Of a stretch of DNA of 64,000 nt, positions 37,818-46,628 are shown piece after piece; within the stretch, counting starts at the first letter, position 1; every line of letters begins with the position of its first letter. The notes under the pieces are model-generated. The model was not told the DNA's origin. It ran no database searches and was given only the letters and a program-made list of their open reading frames with translations. The translations under genes were made by a program, and so were the position numbers. The DNA is from an uncultured Bordetella sp. (lineage in GTDB: Bacteria; Pseudomonadota; Gammaproteobacteria; Burkholderiales; SG8-41): contig CAZAOZ010000004.1 of NCBI GenBank assembly GCA_964486865.1, forward strand, positions 38,602 to 102,601, read 5' to 3'.

Positions 37818-39041
37818 TTATTGGATCGGAATAATCCGGGCATCCAGCGGTCCAGGATGAAAAGCATTGCCGCGTCGTTTGATGCACGCGCGATTGCCTG
37901 CCAGGGTGACACCGCCCTTCCGTATGACTTCAATCTGTTCAGTCCTGGCGTCACAGGCAAATACGGATTTACGGGTTGTTATCAGGTTTCGATCAAAGAA
38001 ATTAAACCGCGTCGATGGGTGTGTTCCCATAGGCTGGTCACGCGGTATTTTTCCCGTTCGCTGTATCGTGTCGCCGCCGTATAAATTCTCGCAGCCTTGC
38101 CGCGTATCCTGTATTGCTCCGGTCAGAACATTGCGCCCGCCCGAGACATAACAAAAATGGGTAGTAAGGTAGTTGGGACACGTATTCACCAGCACCACGG
38201 CCTTCTCAATTCGGGAGCGTGGCTCGCCTGCCGCCCATGTGCTGGTGTCGACGGACGGGTCATTGCCTGCAGGAACAACTTTCAGGCAATGCGCCATTGA
38301 CCCGGTGACCTCGACCATGTCGCTGGATGGGCTCGCAGAAGCTGCGCCGGGGCCACCGCCACTGCCGCCCGGGGAATTACCCGCCAGCGCCTCCAGCGCC
38401 AGTTGTCTTCGTTCGGCGGCAGTTTTGCCGCCTGCTGCCGCTGCAACTGCACCGCTCAGCAGGCCCAGCACTTGTGGCTCGGCTGCCGGCTGACGGACCG
38501 GCGCCCAGGTTGCGCCCATGCTCGCGAGCAGATCCTTGCCGTCGGTTTGCCGGCTCCAGTCGTCCATGGCCAGCAGAAAGGGCCTCGGCATGTCGAGAAA
38601 TGGCATCTCGGTGCGCGGCTGCAGCGCCGAGCCGACGATTGCGGTGCGCCAGCCGATCAACGCATCACCCTTGCGACCGACCTCGTACATCACGCCGCTG
38701 TTGCGCAGCCCGCGCTCGATATGGCCCTCGAAAAAAAACACCGGCTGCTGCTCGTAGTCATAACCTGTTACCGCGCCCCGTCCCTGCATCCGCCCGCCGT
38801 GGCATGCGCCGCTCCAGGTGAGGCCGCGCACTGCGGCGGCCGAGAAGGACAGCGCGCAGCCGCTCTCGGTGAAGCTGACGTGGCGCCCGGAAATCTCGGG
38901 ATCGGGCTGCGACTGGAACAGCAGCGGCGCGCCGCTGATCGCACGCTGGGAGGTGACCTGGACGGGTGACTGCGCATGGGCCACGGCAGGCAACAGGCAG
39001 CAGGCGGCGATCAGGCACCACAGCGCACGGATGAGTGTCAT
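37818..39041 (-). CDS. hypothetical exported protein (407 aa) with C-terminal six-Cys module
   Basis: Start MTLIRALWCLIAACCLLPAVAHA|QS, preceded by a GGGGAA RBS. Gly/Ala/Ser-rich linker, then the module CLK...NTCP...FCY...CEN...FAC...C. Confidence 0.6.
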   Translation of the reverse strand: MTLIRALWCLIAACCLLPAVAHAQSPVQVTSQRAISGAPLLFQSQPDPEISGRHVSFTESGCALSFSAAAVRGLTWSGACHGGRMQGRGAVTGYDYEQQPVFFFEGHIERGLRNSGVMYEVGRKGDALIGWRTAIVGSALQPRTEMPFLDMPRPFLLAMDDWSRQTDGKDLLASMGATWAPVRQPAAEPQVLGLLSGAVAAAAGGKTAAERRQLALEALAGNSPGGSGGGPGAASASPSSDMVEVTGSMAHCLKVVPAGNDPSVDTSTWAAGEPRSRIEKAVVLVNTCPNYLTTHFCYVSGGRNVLTGAIQDTRQGCENLYGGDTIQRTGKIPRDQPMGTHPSTRFNFFDRNLITTRKSVFACDARTEQIEVIRKGGVTLAGNRACIKRRGNAFHPGPLDARIIPIQ

Positions 39042-39151
39042 GCAATGTTCCCCGTTCAATGTGTATCGAAATAACTGGCTCAACTTGGGACAGGTATACC
39101 GGCAAAAGAGCCCACCGCACTATCATGGTCTGAACTGGCCCCTGGTGTTGT

Positions 39152-41266
39152 CTACCACGCGACCCTTGGCGCGCAATCGGCACTGTTGGTCGCGATCTGC
39201 CTGCAGGCCCGCATGGTGCTGTCTTGCGACTGCTTCATCGAAGCATATCCACCATACTCCGGTTGCCCCCTGCATAACCGGTCAAGCAGCTTTAGTCGCT
39301 CGCTCATCATGTAGAGTCCGACCTGCATGCTGGGCACGGTGGAATTTGCGGCCCCAGTACTTTTCCCGCGTTGGTTGATAACCGTGAAATCGGCCTCCTG
39401 CTGGGCAACAGCCGCCTTGCAGGTTCCGTCAGGCGGTCTTGCCGGTGCGCCGCCCCCTCCCGCAACCGATGTTTCCTGAAACAGTTGCCGAATTGCCGCT
39501 TCAGTCCTGGCCGCTGTGCCACCGTAACTCTGACCAGTGTCGCAATTGAAGGGGCCTCCACTCCTCAGGCTCTCCGTTTGCCGGCAATACCCCTGCGTGC
39601 TGCGCAAACTGGCCGCCACTGCCTCCTTGGATGACTGATCATTGGCACAGGCGGGGTGCGTGTTGGCAACCCGCACGTAAATCTGCGCAGCCCAGACCTG
39701 ATCCGAATAAATCTGCCCCAGCGGATACCGGAGATTGCTCCCCGCCGCATTCATCGGGTTGCCATCATTCACTGGTCCCACCAAGCTTTCCAGTATCTCG
39801 CGACAGCTTCTGCCACCGGCACTTGCCCCTCTGCCACCGGCGCCTGCACCAGTTGCGGCAGTGTTGGCCGATGCCACAGACGGGCCACGAGTCGCATTGC
39901 TGATTGCCCGTGACTTCTCCTGCTCCAGTGCACTGACCTCCTGCTCGCAACTGCTCTTGGCCTGGTCACAGCGATTGCTGCATTGCTGGACCTGTTCGCC
40001 GGCAGCACCGGAAGCTGAGGAACCTCTGGCCATGAATATCGAAAACACGCCCACCGCCGCAACGGCCATGCAACCCGTATTGCAGCTGCTGTCATTGGCG
40101 GCGCACTGCTCGCGCGCAGCGGCAATGCGCTGGTCGAAACTGTCCGTGATGCGCTCTGCGGGTGTCTGGTTTGCGATCCGTTCGGCCTCACGAGCCCTTT
40201 CCAGCCTTGCACTGGCTTCCTGCGCCTTCCGGTTTTTTTCCTCCTGCTCTCTGTCCGCCCGCGCCTGTGTGTCCGCGAGATTTTTATCCACCCAAGCACC
40301 GGCTTCCCGCTTGCTTTCCTCCTCCTTGCTGGTCGGCTTCTGTTCGGACGAGAAAGCCTTGCTGAACCAGTCGCTGACTTGACTGATGCCTTTCTCAACT
40401 TGACTGACGCCTTTCTCCAGCAGGCCCGCAATACCATCGGTGCCCCCGGCCGGTTCGGTTTTTTTCGATTTCGGTTCTTCGGGCGTATCCCAGAATTTCA
40501 GATAATCAGCCAGCGCGACTTTGGGCGTCTTGCCGGAACTCGGCAGCGTAGTCGGGCATGCCGGATACGGGGTGCTTGCCAGGCTCCGGTAGCCAGCAGC
40601 ATCCGCGCCCAGCCCACCCCCATCAATCAGGCTCTGGAGGTTCCTGCGTAACTCTTCGTGCCCCTGTTTTGTTGAAAGACAGGCATTGATATTCCCGTCG
40701 GCGAGCGCACAGCGCTCCTTGGCGCGCACGGCATCGCGCATATTCGCCTCGTTGGTTGCGGCGTCGCACATGAGCAAGCCTTCTTTGGCCAGCCCCAGAC
40801 CCGCATCCCACACAGTTGTGTCATAGACCTTTCCCTTCAGCCGCTCGACAATTTCATCAGCTTTCTCCTTGGCGCCCGGCTGTTTGGGACCGCCGGATAA
40901 ATATTCCCCGCATTTGGTCCGGTCAAAATCAAACAGGCAACTGGAAATCCCGGACTGGGGCACACCGCTCTCGACCAGCGCGTTACTGACCCTGCTATCC
41001 GTCACTTCGGTGGCGCTGCCCCTGCCGCCCAATCCGAGTCTGGAAAGAAAGCTTTTCGCCTTGATGCAGGTATCCGCAATGCCAAAAACAAAACGGCAGC
41101 CGGCGTGAGCGGAACACAGACTTGCCTGAAAGCGCTGATCTTCCGTCATGTCGTTGTCGCAATTGGCGGGGTTGGCATGCGCCCCGGCACTGACCAGCAA
41201 CGCAACGCATAAAGCCGCAACCCGCACCCGGTCCGACCGGGACGGAAAAAAGGAAATACTTGCCAT
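39152..41266 (-). CDS. hypothetical exported cysteine-rich protein (704 aa) with central charged coiled-coil-like region
   Basis: Start MASISFF...LLVSAGAHA|NP. The 849-aa track form would overlap the phoD start and has no signal peptide at its N-terminus. More than 25 Cys, and a KEEESKRE...REQEEKNRKAQEASARLERAREAER segment. Confidence 0.6.
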   Translation of the reverse strand: MASISFFPSRSDRVRVAALCVALLVSAGAHANPANCDNDMTEDQRFQASLCSAHAGCRFVFGIADTCIKAKSFLSRLGLGGRGSATEVTDSRVSNALVESGVPQSGISSCLFDFDRTKCGEYLSGGPKQPGAKEKADEIVERLKGKVYDTTVWDAGLGLAKEGLLMCDAATNEANMRDAVRAKERCALADGNINACLSTKQGHEELRRNLQSLIDGGGLGADAAGYRSLASTPYPACPTTLPSSGKTPKVALADYLKFWDTPEEPKSKKTEPAGGTDGIAGLLEKGVSQVEKGISQVSDWFSKAFSSEQKPTSKEEESKREAGAWVDKNLADTQARADREQEEKNRKAQEASARLERAREAERIANQTPAERITDSFDQRIAAAREQCAANDSSCNTGCMAVAAVGVFSIFMARGSSASGAAGEQVQQCSNRCDQAKSSCEQEVSALEQEKSRAISNATRGPSVASANTAATGAGAGGRGASAGGRSCREILESLVGPVNDGNPMNAAGSNLRYPLGQIYSDQVWAAQIYVRVANTHPACANDQSSKEAVAASLRSTQGYCRQTESLRSGGPFNCDTGQSYGGTAARTEAAIRQLFQETSVAGGGGAPARPPDGTCKAAVAQQEADFTVINQRGKSTGAANSTVPSMQVGLYMMSERLKLLDRLCRGQPEYGGYASMKQSQDSTMRACRQIATNSADCAPRVAW

Positions 41267-41694
41267 GTGAGATCCTGTATTCAGGGAAATACCCGGTTTG
41301 ACCGCAAGAAAAGACCGTAACAACATCACCGCAGAGCGTTTTAGTGTTTTTACTCCTCGCGCAATCGCTGCGAACTGATTACCCGGCGCGCGGCCGGCCA
41401 TAAAATAACAGAGAAACACGTCACGCTCCCCCGAAATAAATGCGACGCCATAAAAAATAAATTCGCCTGTAGCCAGGCGGCCTGATATGCCGCAGTCACG
41501 CCTGCGCAGCGCCAGGAAGGCGCTGCCAGACTTGCTCTCCGGTCCCATGTGCGGCCGCATCGCCGGCAAGAAATATCCATAAAAACAAATTGTTATACAT
41601 AGCCTTTGCCCGTACCCGGCGTTGATCGAATACAGGCGCCGTGACTCCCGGCTGTAGGCCTGTTGCAATCTTCGCGCGTTAACATTCGCACGCC

Positions 41695-43251
41695 ATGCCA
41701 ATCACCCGCCGCGATTTTTTGCTCCGCAGTGCAGCATTGTCCGCCGCACTGGCGCTGCCCGCGCCGCGCGTAATCGCACAGCCGCGCTTTGCACAAAACC
41801 CGTTTTCACTCGGCGTCGCTTCCGGTTATCCGCAGCCTGATTCCGTCGTGCTGTGGACGCGGTTGGCGCCCGATCCACTGCACGGCGGCGGCATGCCGCC
41901 TGCCGCCGTGAACGTGCGCTGGGAAATCGCCGCTGACGAACATTTTCAGAAAATTGTCGATCGCGGCGCAGTTGCCGCCGTGCCGGCCTTTGCCCATGCG
42001 GTGCATGTCAACGCGCGCGGCCTGCAGCCGGCGCGCTGGTACTGGTACCGCTTCATGGCAGGTGATGCGGTGAGCCCCGTCGGCCATACGCGCGCAGCAC
42101 CCGCCGCGGATGACCAGCACACCCCGCTCGCCTTCGCCCTTGCTTCATGCCAGCACTACGAGCACGGATTTTTTGCAGCCTATCGCGACATGGCGCAGCA
42201 GCCGCTGGATCTGGTCATCCATGTCGGCGATTACATCTATGAGGCGTCGTGGGGCCGCAAAGCGGATTTTGTGCGCCATGTCGGCGCGCCGGAACCGTAC
42301 ACGCTCAACGATTACCGCAACCGCTACGCCCTCTACAAAACCGATCCGCATCTGCAGGCCGCCCACGCCGCCTGCCCGTGGCTGGTGACCTGGGACGATC
42401 ACGAAGTCGATAACGATTACGCCAACGACCGCTCGCAGGATCTGGACCCGGTCGATGCGTTCCTCGCGCGGCGCGCCGCGGCGTATCAGGCGTATTACGA
42501 ACACATGCCGCTGCCGCCGGGCAGCTACGCCGGCGGGCCCCACATGAAAATCTACGGCACGCACGCCATGGGCGCGCTGGCGAATATCCAGATGCTCGAC
42601 ATGCGCCAGTACCGCGACTACCAGGTGTGCCCGCGCAAGGGCCGCGGCGGCGGCAATCAGGTCAATGTCGCCGAATGTCCCGAGCTCACCCTGCCGGGCC
42701 GCTCATTGCTGGGCGCAACGCAGGAGCGCTGGCTGGAACAGGCGCTGACGAATTCCGCGGCACGCTGGAATGTGCTCGCGCAGACCACGCTGATGGCGCA
42801 GGCCGACCGCGAGCCGGGCACGGCACGGATTGTGTACACCGACGGCTGGGACGGCTATCCGCGCGCGCGGGAAAAACTGCTGGGCTTCATCGCGCAGCGC
42901 AAAATCCGCAATCCGGTCATCATCGGCGGCGACGTGCATTTCGCCTCGGCCAACGAACTGAAAGTGGATTTCGACCACGAAAAATCACCGGTGGTCGCCA
43001 GCGAATTCGTCACCACCTCGATCAGTTCCTTCGGCCCCGGCCAGGCGCGCATCGACGCACTGCTGGCAGAGAATCCGCATGTCAGATTCGCCAACGGCGC
43101 GCGCCGCGGTTACGCGCGCTGCACGGTCACGCCGCAGCGCTGGGAAACGACCTTCCGCGCGGTATTCCATCCCGCGGATGAACATTCCCGGGTGTATGCA
43201 CTGGCGAACTATGTGGTCGAGAACGGCCGCGCGGGGCCGCAGCGGGGGTAA
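41695..43251 (+). CDS. phoD: alkaline phosphatase D family protein (Tat-exported)
   Basis: Twin-arginine signal MPITRRDFLLRSAALSAALA. PhoD motifs WTRLAP, GDYIYE, WDDHEVDNDY and GDVH. Confidence 0.9.
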   Translation: MPITRRDFLLRSAALSAALALPAPRVIAQPRFAQNPFSLGVASGYPQPDSVVLWTRLAPDPLHGGGMPPAAVNVRWEIAADEHFQKIVDRGAVAAVPAFAHAVHVNARGLQPARWYWYRFMAGDAVSPVGHTRAAPAADDQHTPLAFALASCQHYEHGFFAAYRDMAQQPLDLVIHVGDYIYEASWGRKADFVRHVGAPEPYTLNDYRNRYALYKTDPHLQAAHAACPWLVTWDDHEVDNDYANDRSQDLDPVDAFLARRAAAYQAYYEHMPLPPGSYAGGPHMKIYGTHAMGALANIQMLDMRQYRDYQVCPRKGRGGGNQVNVAECPELTLPGRSLLGATQERWLEQALTNSAARWNVLAQTTLMAQADREPGTARIVYTDGWDGYPRAREKLLGFIAQRKIRNPVIIGGDVHFASANELKVDFDHEKSPVVASEFVTTSISSFGPGQARIDALLAENPHVRFANGARRGYARCTVTPQRWETTFRAVFHPADEHSRVYALANYVVENGRAGPQRG

Positions 43252-43280
43252 TACGTATCTTGTTGTTAACCCAAACCTTC

Positions 43281-43377
43281 TAGCCACAGAGGACACAGAG
43301 TTCACAGAGAAAATCCCGGCAATATCAATGCACAAGGGACTCAACGACGCGAGGTGCCCTCTGCGCCCTCTGTGGCC
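43281..43377. repeat. REP family 2 hairpin element (CACAGAG type)
   Basis: tagccacagaggacacagagttcacagag ... gtgccctctgcgccctctgtggcc. Confidence 0.8.
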
Positions 43378-43399
43378 GCCTTTGAAGTTAATTGATGTT

Positions 43400-43696
43400 T
43401 TACAGGCCGAGGATGCGCGCAATCTCGGCGGCATAGCGACTGATGGTCATGCCCTCATAGACCGCCTCGTCCACGGTGGCGTCGAGCAGGCCGCGGATGT
43501 CGTGCAGGCTGTCGCTGACCCAGTGGTGGCGCTGCACGGGCGAGTTGAGCACGTTGCGCAGTGTCTGCACTTCATCGCGCAATCGCTGCACATCCTGCGA
43601 GTCGCCGCGCACCTTGGCGAGATCGCGCTCCAGCGCGTCGAGCAGTTGTGCGGCCTGTTCGAGATCGATGTCTTTCGACTTGTCTTGTGCGCTCAT
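43400..43696 (-). CDS. hypothetical small helical protein (possibly DUF4404-like)
   Basis: 98 aa starting MSAQDKSKDIDLEQAAQLLDALERDLAKV... The upstream part of the track ORF is a translation of REP family 3. Confidence 0.45.
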   Translation of the reverse strand: MSAQDKSKDIDLEQAAQLLDALERDLAKVRGDSQDVQRLRDEVQTLRNVLNSPVQRHHWVSDSLHDIRGLLDATVDEAVYEGMTISRYAAEIARILGL

Positions 43697-43754
43697 GGTG
43701 TTGCTCCTGCAAGACCGGTTTGAAACAAAGTGCGGAACAATGCGGCTGCCCCGC

Positions 43755-43795
43755 CCCCTCTCCCTGCCCTCTCCCCGCATGCGGGGAGAGGGGAG
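43755..43795. repeat. REP family 3 element
   Basis: ccctctccctgccctctccccgcatgcggggagaggggag hairpin. Confidence 0.75.
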
Positions 43796-43800
43796 TTTAT

Positions 43801-44175
43801 TTAATTCTCGCGCCAGCGTTCCAGTTGCCGCCGTTCGCGTTTGGTCGGGCGGCCGTGGCGATCCTGCGCCGGATCGGCGGCGAACTTGCGCAACGCAGCC
43901 TGCTCTTCGCGCTTCACCCGGCTCGCTTCGTCCTCAATATACAGCGCGCGCGCCACGGTCGCCGAACCGCGCTTGTCCGACAATCCGGCAATACGGACGG
44001 CCCATTCATACGCGCCGATATGGATCACCAGTTCGTCGCCGATGCGCACTTCCTTCGCCGGCTTGACGCGCTCGCCGTGCAGTTTGACCTTGCCGCCTTC
44101 CACCGCCTGCTGTGCCGTCGAGCGTGTTTTGAAAAACCGCGCGGCCCACAGCCATTTGTCGATGCGGATGGACAC
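43801..44175 (-). CDS. hslR: ribosome-associated heat shock protein Hsp15 (S4 RNA-binding domain)
   Basis: (M)SIRIDKWLWAARFFKTRSTAQQAVEGGKVKLHGERVKPAKEV. GTG start at 44175, 5 nt after the upstream stop. Confidence 0.8.
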   Translation of the reverse strand: MSIRIDKWLWAARFFKTRSTAQQAVEGGKVKLHGERVKPAKEVRIGDELVIHIGAYEWAVRIAGLSDKRGSATVARALYIEDEASRVKREEQAALRKFAADPAQDRHGRPTKRERRQLERWREN

Positions 44176-44180
44176 TGTGC

Positions 44181-44594
44181 TCAGCCGGGCAACGGCATCG
44201 CCTTGCGCCCGGCCAGGGCAATCCAGCCGCGAACGATGCGGTAAATCACCCAGATGCCGACCAGCAGCATCAGCGGCAGGCCGACCAGCGCGCCTATCAC
44301 CGTAACGATCATCAGCCAGGCGATGACAAACCAGCCCACCGCCCACCAGAAGGTGCGGATTTGCCACGAAAAATGCGAATCGAGAAAAGTGCCGCGCACC
44401 GAATCGCGTTTCACGTAATTGATGATCACCGCAATGATCGACGGCCAGCCGGTCAGGAACGCGGTGACGATGAACGCGGCGCTGGTCAGCCCCGTCAGCG
44501 CGCTGAAGGCGTGCAGGCCATAGATGATGTGCGTCAGCGTGATCAGGTCTTCGGCGGGCAGCGGCGTCAGGGTTTTACCGTCGATGTCAGTCAT
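44181..44594 (-). CDS. hypothetical membrane protein
   Basis: 137 aa with three or four TM helices. No family assigned with confidence. Confidence 0.55.
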   Translation of the reverse strand: MTDIDGKTLTPLPAEDLITLTHIIYGLHAFSALTGLTSAAFIVTAFLTGWPSIIAVIINYVKRDSVRGTFLDSHFSWQIRTFWWAVGWFVIAWLMIVTVIGALVGLPLMLLVGIWVIYRIVRGWIALAGRKAMPLPG

Positions 44595-44603
44595 GCTTCC
44601 TCC

Positions 44604-44993
44604 TCAAGACAGGTCGATGGCGTGTTTCTTGAAATCCGCCAGCGACGCGAACTCCAGCGATGCTTCATGGGTTGCGGCGAGCACCACCCGCGGCGCCTTG
44701 CCCTCGTCGAGCGCCTCGCGCCAGCGCGGCGCGCACAGGCACCAGCGGTCGCCCGGCTTGAGACCGGGAAAGCCGAACTCCGGCTGCGGCGTGGACAGGT
44801 CGTTGCCCTGTGCCTTGCTGTATTCGAGAAATTCCGCGGTCAGCACCACGCACACGGTATGCACGCCGACATCCTCGGGACTGGTGTTGCAGCAGCCGTC
44901 GCGGAAAAAACCGGTCTTCGGCCGATCGCTGCAGGTCTGCAGCTTCTCGCCCAGCACATTGCGGGCATTTTCATGGGGATCAAATCGGCGCAT
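44604..44993 (-). CDS. DUF2237 family protein
   Basis: NVLGEKLQTCS..PKTGFFRDGCCNT...GVHTVC...RWCLCAPRW pattern. Confidence 0.8.
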   Translation of the reverse strand: MRRFDPHENARNVLGEKLQTCSDRPKTGFFRDGCCNTSPEDVGVHTVCVVLTAEFLEYSKAQGNDLSTPQPEFGFPGLKPGDRWCLCAPRWREALDEGKAPRVVLAATHEASLEFASLADFKKHAIDLS

Positions 44994-45012
44994 GGCAGGT
45001 TTTTCGCTCCGC

Positions 45013-45038
45013 GTTCATCACTCAGCACTCATCACTGG
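45013..45038. repeat. REP family 1 half-element
   Basis: gttcatcactcagcactcatcactgg in the spacer between the DUF2237 and radical SAM genes. Confidence 0.55.
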
Positions 45039-45040
45039 GT

Positions 45041-46546
45041 TCAGGCATGTACGTGCCGCGCCTGGCGCAGCTTGCCACGCGCGCCGGCGCGGGGTTCGGG
45101 CCGCACCCCTTCGGCCATGAACGGCAGCCGGCCCTTGGCGCCGCTGGCTTCGTAGTCACCTGCCACCGCCGTCGCCACAGTCGCGGTATCAGCGCCCGAC
45201 TCCACCAGAAAATCATGCAGGTACCCGCACAGTTTTTCCAGTGCGAATTCATGGGTCTTGGCGGTGCGCGCATAAAGCCAGTCGGTGAATTGCATGAACC
45301 GCGCAAATGGCTGATTGGCCAGCAACAGCGGCAGCGTGCGGTGGAATCGCCCGGAATTGCCGACCAGATCCCAGTAGCGCGCAAAACGCACGATGCGCTG
45401 CACATCGCTGAAACTCAGTTTATCCGTGGCCAGCACCACATACGGCGCATCCGGGCTGTAGCGCATCGCATGCTGCTCCGTATGACGGGCAATCGGCGCG
45501 CCGCGCAGCCGCTTGAGTATGCCGACCTGGATTTCATGGGGCCTCAATGCATGCAGCCGGTCGAATCCGCGGCCGAAACTGGCGAGATCTTCGCCGGGCA
45601 GCCCGGCAATCAGGTCCACGTGGATCAGCGCCGGGGATTCCTCGCGCAGCCAGCGCAGATTGGCCTCGGCCAGCGCGTTGTCCTGTTTGCGTGAAATGCG
45701 CGCCTGCACCGTCTCGTCCCAGGTCTGGATGCCGACTTCGAAATGCAGCCTGCCCTGCGGAAATCGCGCTATCGCGGCTTTCAGTTTCTCCGGCAGATGA
45801 TCGGGAATCAGCTCGAAGTGGATGAACAGGTCATCACTCAGCCGTGCCAGAAAAAATTCGAGTATCGACAGACTCGCCGCGATCTTGAGGTTGAAGGTGC
45901 GATCCACAAAACGGAAATGCCGCGCACCGCGGTCATACAGCGCCTGGAGTTCACCGAGAAAACGCTCCAGCTCGAACGGCCACGCCGTCTTGTCCAGCGC
46001 CGAGAGGCAGAATTCGCACTTGAACGGGCAGCCGCGCGAAGCTTCGACATAAATAAAACGTCGCGCGATGTCTTCAGCGGTGTATTCACCATACGGCGAG
46101 GCAATCTCGCTCAGCGGCGGCTGCACGCCGGCATGGATTTTCTGTTCGGACCTGTTGCCGGCGACGATGTCGGCGCACAGTTTCGGAAAAGTCACATCGC
46201 CCCAGCCGGTGACCACATAATCGGCCAATGCGCAGATGCGCTGGCCTTCGGTTTCGTAACTGACTTCGGGGCCGCCGACGATAACGATGATTTCCGGCGC
46301 CACGCGCTTGAGGATCGCCACCACGCGCGCGGTTTCCTCCACGTTCCAGATATAAACGCCGAAGCCGATGATCGTAGACCGCTCCGCCAGCAGCCGCTCG
46401 GCAATATCCGCCGGACGGTCGCCGAGCACGAATTCGGCAATGTGCGTCACGCCATGCAACGCGCCCATGTTGGCGCGCAGATAGCGCAGACCGAGGGCGG
46501 CATGCACATAGCGGGCGTTGATGGTGGCCAGGGTGATGCGGGTCAT
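45041..46546 (-). CDS. B12-binding domain radical SAM protein (DUF4080 C-terminal region)
   Basis: MTRITLATINARYVHAALGLRYL..., radical SAM cluster motif EASRGCPFKCEFC, about 500 aa. Confidence 0.85.
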   Translation of the reverse strand: MTRITLATINARYVHAALGLRYLRANMGALHGVTHIAEFVLGDRPADIAERLLAERSTIIGFGVYIWNVEETARVVAILKRVAPEIIVIVGGPEVSYETEGQRICALADYVVTGWGDVTFPKLCADIVAGNRSEQKIHAGVQPPLSEIASPYGEYTAEDIARRFIYVEASRGCPFKCEFCLSALDKTAWPFELERFLGELQALYDRGARHFRFVDRTFNLKIAASLSILEFFLARLSDDLFIHFELIPDHLPEKLKAAIARFPQGRLHFEVGIQTWDETVQARISRKQDNALAEANLRWLREESPALIHVDLIAGLPGEDLASFGRGFDRLHALRPHEIQVGILKRLRGAPIARHTEQHAMRYSPDAPYVVLATDKLSFSDVQRIVRFARYWDLVGNSGRFHRTLPLLLANQPFARFMQFTDWLYARTAKTHEFALEKLCGYLHDFLVESGADTATVATAVAGDYEASGAKGRLPFMAEGVRPEPRAGARGKLRQARHVHA

Positions 46547-46628
46547 GGCCTTATTATCGCATCGGAGATGCCCTATTCCGGGCGTTTTTGATACCCTGTC
46601 GCATTCATTCATTTCAGGAAGCGCTGTC

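Noticed and set aside
37669-37887. 72-aa cysteine-containing ORF overlapping the 3' end of the 407-aa gene.
   Set aside because: It overlaps the neighbouring gene out of frame by 70 nt and has no RBS, no signal peptide and no alternative internal start. It is kept only as a remote possibility.
38700-38900. MORN-like repeat in the 407-aa islet protein (GACHGGRMQGRGAVTGYDYEQQPVFFFEGHIERGL).
   Set aside because: There is only one weak, partial match to the YxGxxxxGxxxGxG pattern, which is insufficient to call a domain.
41560-41694. A Pho box upstream of phoD.
   Set aside because: I could not find a convincing tandem CTGTCAT-type direct repeat at an appropriate distance from the start. The beta-proteobacterial PhoB consensus may differ, so this is undecided rather than absent.
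39152-41701. The 849-aa form of the first islet ORF, extending to 41701.
   Set aside because: The extension overlaps the phoD start, has no RBS and reads as junk (CITICFYGYFLPAM...). The internal ATG at 41266 gives a classical signal peptide.
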